From: Acidimicrobiales bacterium
GTDB taxonomy: Bacteria; Actinomycetota; Acidimicrobiia; Acidimicrobiales; JACDCH01
Reading direction: 5' to 3'
Assembly: GCA_037724305.1 (NCBI GenBank)
Contig: JBBJOU010000001.1
Location: forward strand, 1-29,277
Length of the DNA stretch: 29,277 nucleotides
Positions 24,345-29,277 of this stretch are shown piece after piece (the stretch's first letter is position 1; each line of letters starts with the position of its first letter). The position numbers and the translations under genes are program-made. Below the pieces are notes generated by a model, which did no database searches, was not told the origin of the DNA, and saw nothing but the letters and a program-made list of their open reading frames with translations.

Positions 24345-26372
24345 CTATGCCTCAGCATGGCGCATCGGTCCGGCGGGTTGGGCGGCGAGCGCCACCGCCA
24401 GCATCTCGGGGGTCCGGCACCGGGTGAGCTGCTCGTCGGTGAGGGCCAGGCCGGCCTGACGGGCCTCCGCCAGCGCGGTCAGGAACGAGAAGTCCTGCCA
24501 GTAGATGTCGGTGGTGGACATCGGTTCGCCGCGCGCCTCGCTCCACAGCCCCGCCAGGAGCGTGGCGGCAGGGTCGGGGTCCTCGGCGCCGTGCTCGCCG
24601 GTGGTCGCCATGGCCTCGACGTCGAGGGTGGCGTCGGGACGGCGGTGGAGGGCGTCGACGGTCACGAGCCGGGCGGGCCAGAGCGAGCCCGGGAGCTCCG
24701 CCCAGAGCGCGGCGCGTAGCCCCGAGAGCGTCGGTCGGTCGTCGTCGTCGGCCACGACGAACGCCACCAGTCGGGGGCCGTCGTCCGCGTCGACGACGGC
24801 CACGCCCACGTCCGCCACGTCCGGGCACCGCTCGAGCGCGGCCTCGATGCGGGAGCGTCGGGCCCGGAACCCCCTGAGCTCGACCCGGTCGTCCGCCGGG
24901 AGGACCTCGGGGGAGACGTTGGGAGGCGGGACGGCGGCGGCGATCTCGCTGACGCGCCGGTGGGGGTCGGCGGCGACGGCGGCCAGCAGCGCTTCGAAGT
25001 GCTCGAGCAGCTCGGCGACGACGGGCCGGTCGAACACGCCCCTGGCCACCAGCGCCATCTCGTCGGGGTTGGCGAGCAGGGACAGGATCAGGAACGTGCC
25101 GGCATACGCACCATCGCCCCAGACGGGCGCAGGGCTCGGGTCGCCCTCCGCCTGGTCGTCCTCCCGCGCCCCGGCGCTGAAGTGGCGTTCCCGGCGGGAG
25201 TCGACGGGGGTGTCGTAGCCGGTCGTCCGGATCCCCGGCAACACGAGCTTGGTGGGCTGCGGGGTCTCGCCCTGGAAGACGACGGCGATCTGGGGCACGA
25301 CCCCGTGGGCGGCGGCGGCGGGGCCGAGGGTCTCGGCCACGACGGCCTCGAACGCCGGGTCCTGGTGGGCCATGGCGCCGAGGACGCTGCTGCGGCCGCG
25401 AGCGACCAGCTCCGGGAACGAGGGGTCGTCGTCGAGCGACAACCGGACCAGGATCTTCTTGGTGAAGCAGCCGATCAACGGTTCGAGCTCGGTCCGGTTT
25501 CGGTGGGCCACGACCGAGGCCATGACGAGATCGAGCTGACCGGTGATCCGGGCGACCAGCACCGCGAACGCCGCCAGCGCGGTCATGAACGGGGTCGCCC
25601 GCAGCTCACGAGACAGGGTGCGGAGGCGGGTGGCGAGCTCGTAGGGGAGGTCCCGGCGCACGGGTTCTCCCGACGGCGGGCGTCCCCGGCCGGCCCCGTC
25701 GGGCGCAGCGATCGGGAGCTGCACGCTCAGGGGGGCGCCGGCCAGGTGCGTCCGCCACCACGCCAGCTGCGCCGCTCCCACCTCGCCGGCGACGACGGAC
25801 CGCTCCGTGCGGGCGAAGTCGACGAAGGTCGTGGCCAGCTCGGGGAGGGGCGACGACCGGCCGTCGAGGAACGACGCGTAGAGCGCGGAGAAGTCCTTGC
25901 GGAACACCTCGACCGACCAGTCGTCGAAGACCGTGTGGTGGAGCCGGACGACGAGAACGTGGTCGTCGGTCCCGAGACGCACGAGGCGGGGGACGAACAG
26001 CGGACCGTGGACGAGGTCGAACGGCCGGCTGGACGCGTCGGCGAGGAGGCGGGTCATCTCGGCGTCCCGGGCTTCTTCCGGTCGGTCGGCGAGGTCCGTC
26101 ACGGCCAGCGCGAACGTCCCGGGCTCACCCACGACCTGCCACGGGGTCCCGTCGACGAGCTCGAAGGTCGTGCGCAACGGCTCGTGGCGGCGGATGAGCT
26201 CGGACAACGCGCGCTCCAGGGCGGCGGTGTCGAGCGGGCCCCGGTAGCGGCGGACGAGGCACGGCAGGTTGAAGCTGCCCGGCGAGAACTGCTCATGCCA
26301 GAGCATGGCGTCCTGGGAGATCGCCACTGGGCCGGCCGGCTCTGGGGAGGGGGCCCCGGCCGGGTCGGTCAC
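24345..26372 (-). CDS. NRPS-like protein: condensation domain + isolated A-subdomain + degenerate carrier remnant
   Basis: C domain with RRHEPLRTTF and HHTVFDD (25920-25940). Then ADDRVELRGFR from 24896, RLVAFVV and LPGSLWPAR (A8-A10 region with no A core). Then LWSEARG..., T-like but without GGxS. GTGA overlap with the CoA-transferase stop. Confidence 0.85.
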   Translation of the reverse strand: MTDPAGAPSPEPAGPVAISQDAMLWHEQFSPGSFNLPCLVRRYRGPLDTAALERALSELIRRHEPLRTTFELVDGTPWQVVGEPGTFALAVTDLADRPEEARDAEMTRLLADASSRPFDLVHGPLFVPRLVRLGTDDHVLVVRLHHTVFDDWSVEVFRKDFSALYASFLDGRSSPLPELATTFVDFARTERSVVAGEVGAAQLAWWRTHLAGAPLSVQLPIAAPDGAGRGRPPSGEPVRRDLPYELATRLRTLSRELRATPFMTALAAFAVLVARITGQLDLVMASVVAHRNRTELEPLIGCFTKKILVRLSLDDDPSFPELVARGRSSVLGAMAHQDPAFEAVVAETLGPAAAAHGVVPQIAVVFQGETPQPTKLVLPGIRTTGYDTPVDSRRERHFSAGAREDDQAEGDPSPAPVWGDGAYAGTFLILSLLANPDEMALVARGVFDRPVVAELLEHFEALLAAVAADPHRRVSEIAAAVPPPNVSPEVLPADDRVELRGFRARRSRIEAALERCPDVADVGVAVVDADDGPRLVAFVVADDDDRPTLSGLRAALWAELPGSLWPARLVTVDALHRRPDATLDVEAMATTGEHGAEDPDPAATLLAGLWSEARGEPMSTTDIYWQDFSFLTALAEARQAGLALTDEQLTRCRTPEMLAVALAAQPAGPMRHAEA

Positions 26373-28216
26373 GGCGTGAACGCCCAGGGGGTCGACGGGG
26401 CCCGGCAGCTGGCGGCGAGCGTCTCGAACATCGCCGCCACGGCGGGATCGGTGGTCAGCGCCGCCAGCTCGGTGGTGACTGCTGCGCAGGCGATGCCGGC
26501 CTCGGTGAGGAGCCGCACCACCGCCTCCGAGGATTCGTCACCGATGCGCCCGGCCACCCGCACGTCGAGTGGTGCGCCGGGGCCGTCGAGGTCGAGCTCG
26601 TAGAGCTCGCCCAGCCGGCGTTGCGTCTCCCGGTCGCCGGCATCCACCACGATGAAGCCGTCGCTCGTCGCCACCGGGACGTCGAGGGCGCCCCACACCG
26701 GCCGGCCCCGGCGGCGACCCGGGTCGCCGCCGGCGACGACGCCGTCGAGCACATGGGCCTGCAGCGCCATGGCGCCGGACTGCAACGACGTGCGCACTCG
26801 GGTGCCGCGCCCGTCCAGCGCCTGGCGGTACAACCCGGAGAGCACGCCCTCGCAGGTGACCAGCGCGCCGAGGAAGTCGGTCAGGAGGACACGGCTCGGG
26901 AACGGCGGCTCGTTCTCGGGGTTGATCCCGTAGCCGAGGCCGGTGTGGGCCTGGACGAGGAAATCGGTGCCGATCACCCCGGACGCGCTCGAACCGGGCT
27001 CCCACCCGGCGGCCTCGGTGTAAACGAGCCCCGGGTTGCCCCTCGAGAGGTCGGAAGCGCTCAGGCCCCACTCGGCCGCCTTGCCGGGCCGCCAGTTGTG
27101 CAGGAAGGCGTCGGCGCTCGAGGCGAGCTCGGCGAGCTCCGCCCGTCCGGCGGGGGTGGCGAGGTCGACCTCGATGGTGTGCTTGGCCCGGTTGAAGCAG
27201 AGGAAGAACGAGCCGGTGTCGCCGGCGAGCGGCGGCACCCCCCGGCCCACGTCGCCGCCGGGTGACTCGACCCGGGTGACGTGAGCGCCGAGCATCTGGA
27301 GCAGCAGGCCGGCCAGTGGTCCCTGGAGGCGGCTCGTCGCCTCCACCACCCGCAACCCGGCGAGGGGCAGGTCGTCACCGGGCCCGCCGTCGGCGATCGG
27401 CGCGACCGCGGGAGGGCCGCCGGCACCGTCGCCGGCCGGAAGGAGCGCGTCGACGAGCGGGTGGCCCCCCGACGGTGCTCCCTCGGCCAGCACCTCGTCG
27501 TAGTCGCGGACGAGGCTGAGGCTGACCCCGCACTCGCTGGCCACGCCGGTGACCGCCTCGAGGGTGACGGCGGCGGTCGCCTCGTGGAAGCCGACGGGCG
27601 TCGACGAGGTGCCCCTGTAGTAGCGGGGCCGGAACTGCGTCCACGCCCGGCCGATCTCGGCCTCGGGTGCGCCGAGGCGCAGCCAGAACGCCTTCCACGC
27701 CTCGGGGTCGAAGGTCTCGATCTCGAACCAGCGACCGTCGGCGGTGGCGAACGGCGGCCCGGGCGCCGGGTTCGGCGCCGGCCACCAGTCCTGCGGGCAC
27801 GTCGCCGCCGCCAGGTAGTGCGACGCCTGGAACAGGCCGGCCTGCAGCACCGAGGTGTGGACGGTGCTGGTCGAGCGGCCCCGCCGCCCGCCGATGGCCA
27901 TGGCGAGCATCGCCTGGGCGGCGAACATCCCGGCCGCCACCGAGGCGACCTCCACCCCGATGCGCCGGGGCCCGCCGTGATCGCGCCCGTGGAGGTGCAT
28001 CAGCCCCGTCGCCGCCTGCACCAGGGCCTCGCTGCCGGCCTGGTCCGGCGGTCGTGCCGACCCCCACCAGGAGATCTCGCACGACACCGGCCGGTCGGCG
28101 CCGGCGCCGTCCGGCCAGGTGACGACGCCGGTCGCCCCGGTGCTCGTCTCCGGGCGGGCGCCGAGCGCCGCCAACCGCCGCACGCAGGTCTGCACCGCCA
28201 ACTCCGGTCCCGTCAC
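26369..28216 (-). CDS. Tandem-domain family III (CaiB/BaiF) CoA-transferase
   Basis: Second half has PLAGLRVVE, MLGAHVTRVESP, FNRAK, ADAFLHNWRPG and LLTDFLG. First half has SEALVQAATGLM...ASVAAG and DGRWFE. GGAGG SD 5 nt before GTG 28216. Confidence 0.88.
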   Translation of the reverse strand: MTGPELAVQTCVRRLAALGARPETSTGATGVVTWPDGAGADRPVSCEISWWGSARPPDQAGSEALVQAATGLMHLHGRDHGGPRRIGVEVASVAAGMFAAQAMLAMAIGGRRGRSTSTVHTSVLQAGLFQASHYLAAATCPQDWWPAPNPAPGPPFATADGRWFEIETFDPEAWKAFWLRLGAPEAEIGRAWTQFRPRYYRGTSSTPVGFHEATAAVTLEAVTGVASECGVSLSLVRDYDEVLAEGAPSGGHPLVDALLPAGDGAGGPPAVAPIADGGPGDDLPLAGLRVVEATSRLQGPLAGLLLQMLGAHVTRVESPGGDVGRGVPPLAGDTGSFFLCFNRAKHTIEVDLATPAGRAELAELASSADAFLHNWRPGKAAEWGLSASDLSRGNPGLVYTEAAGWEPGSSASGVIGTDFLVQAHTGLGYGINPENEPPFPSRVLLTDFLGALVTCEGVLSGLYRQALDGRGTRVRTSLQSGAMALQAHVLDGVVAGGDPGRRRGRPVWGALDVPVATSDGFIVVDAGDRETQRRLGELYELDLDGPGAPLDVRVAGRIGDESSEAVVRLLTEAGIACAAVTTELAALTTDPAVAAMFETLAASCRAPSTPWAFTP

Positions 28217-28467
28217 CGTGGCCTCCGATCGTCCGACGTACCCGTCTCCCGACGACGGCCGCCATGATCGCGTGACCGCCGTTCGCCCCGGAGGGACGCT
28301 ACCGGCCCCCGCCGACGAGCTGGCACGCCGCTCCGTACCGGCGAAGCCACCGTTTCCGTCCCCGATCCGGGTGACAGGACAGTCTTTACATCGCCGCTGG
28401 CCCTCTTTGCACCTTGCAAGTACGACGAAGGCGCTCTACGGTGCCAGCTGTTCAGGGAGGGTATCGG

Positions 28468-28486
28468 TATGTGCAACGCGCACATA
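28468..28486. promoter_or_regulatory. Inverted repeat TATGTGC-N5-GCACATA in the 323-bp divergent spacer
   Basis: Perfect 7-bp arms at 28468-28474 and 28480-28486 in an AT-richer intergenic region. Confidence 0.4.
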
Positions 28487-28539
28487 ACGACGGTCACTTC
28501 ACATCAGCTGGGTGACCTCAACGGGGAGGATGGCAACGC

Positions 28540-29277
28540 ATGGTTGGACTTCGGAAGGTGACCCGCGCGCTCGTGGGTTCATCGCTGCTGCTGGGAGGCT
28601 TCGCCTTTGTGGCCCAGCCCGCCTCGGCGGACCACCTCGCCTGCGGGGCGACGGTGACGCAGAACGTCACGCTGGACAGTGACATCGGCCCGTGCACCGG
28701 CGACGGCCTCGTCGTCGCCACCAGCAACGTCACCATCAACCTGAACGGGTTCCGGATCTTCGCCGACAACGGCGCCGGCGACAACGCCGGCATCCGGATC
28801 CGACCGGGCGCAGCCGGGCTGACCACCGGGGTGACCATCATTAGGGGCACCGTCGAGGGCTTCGACGCCGGCATCGGCATCTTCGGCGGCGGCAACAACC
28901 TGGTCCGGAACATGACCATCCAGAACAACATCAACGATCAGATCCCGACCGTTCCCGCCGGCGGCGACAACCCCTGCGACCTGGGTGATGGCATCGCCAT
29001 GCTCAACTCGAGCGACAACGACATCATCAACAACCGGTTGGTGAGAAACGGGCCGTTGGGCGGTATCACGGCCATCGAGAACTCCGACCGGAACTACATC
29101 GCCGGGAACACGCTGGCGGATCACAACCTCCGCGGGGTCCCCGGTGGTGGTTGCGGCAACGCCAACCAGAACGAGGGCGTCCGCATCGAAGGCCCCGGCG
29201 CCAACGACAACATCGTCGAGAACAACACCGTCACGAACAGCGGGCTCGCCGGCATCGGCCTGCACGGCTACGTGTGC
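28540..29277 (+). CDS. Secreted right-handed parallel beta-helix (pectin-lyase/NosD-like) protein, truncated by the window end
   Basis: Not in the supplied ORF track because it runs off the end. ATG 28540 follows GGAGG. It reads MVGLRKVTRALVGSSLLLGGFAFVAQPASA-DHLACGATVTQNVTLDSDIGPC...TINLNGF...GI...NN repeats and is open to 29277. Confidence 0.85.
   Translation, partial: MVGLRKVTRALVGSSLLLGGFAFVAQPASADHLACGATVTQNVTLDSDIGPCTGDGLVVATSNVTINLNGFRIFADNGAGDNAGIRIRPGAAGLTTGVTIIRGTVEGFDAGIGIFGGGNNLVRNMTIQNNINDQIPTVPAGGDNPCDLGDGIAMLNSSDNDIINNRLVRNGPLGGITAIENSDRNYIAGNTLADHNLRGVPGGGCGNANQNEGVRIEGPGANDNIVENNTVTNSGLAGIGLHGYVC

Noticed and set aside
28213-28497. 94-aa minus-strand ORF ending in the CoA-transferase start (possible leader peptide)
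   Set aside because: It shows atypical codon usage and no motif, and the CoA-transferase has its own GGAGG SD.
1-29277. CRISPR arrays, rRNA, intact tRNA genes, transposases or integrases, RiPP precursors
   Set aside because: No regularly spaced repeats, complete cloverleafs, recombinase motifs or precursor/maturase pairs were seen. Nearly all sequence is accounted for by protein genes.

Overview
This is a very GC-rich window of actinobacterial style (Acidimicrobiia-like by overall impression, not tested). Nearly all of it (about 254-28216) is one mosaic, non-canonical secondary-metabolite gene cluster. The NRPS machinery is split and has no thioesterase: an A-T-C protein, an acyl-ligase-type A-T protein, and a C protein fused to only the small A subdomain plus a degenerate carrier remnant. 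It also encodes an Sfp-type PPTase and a 4-hydroxybenzoate sub-operon (chorismate pyruvate-lyase, SDR, stand-alone PaaA-like diiron protein, FadD22-like aryl-AMP ligase). Other genes are a second free acyl-AMP ligase, two GT1 glycosyltransferases, a sulfotransferase, a class III aminotransferase, a VOC protein, a tandem family III CoA-transferase, an MBL hydrolase, an ABC exporter and two putative copper-handling proteins. An archaeal-type aspartyl-tRNA synthetase paralog with an eroded anticodon-binding domain sits in the middle. A cation/H+ antiporter interrupts the right arm, and a secreted beta-helix protein starts at the right edge. No rRNA, intact tRNA, CRISPR array, transposase, integrase or transcriptional regulator was recognised. 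All family calls come from motif reading and recalled homologs; no database search was run.
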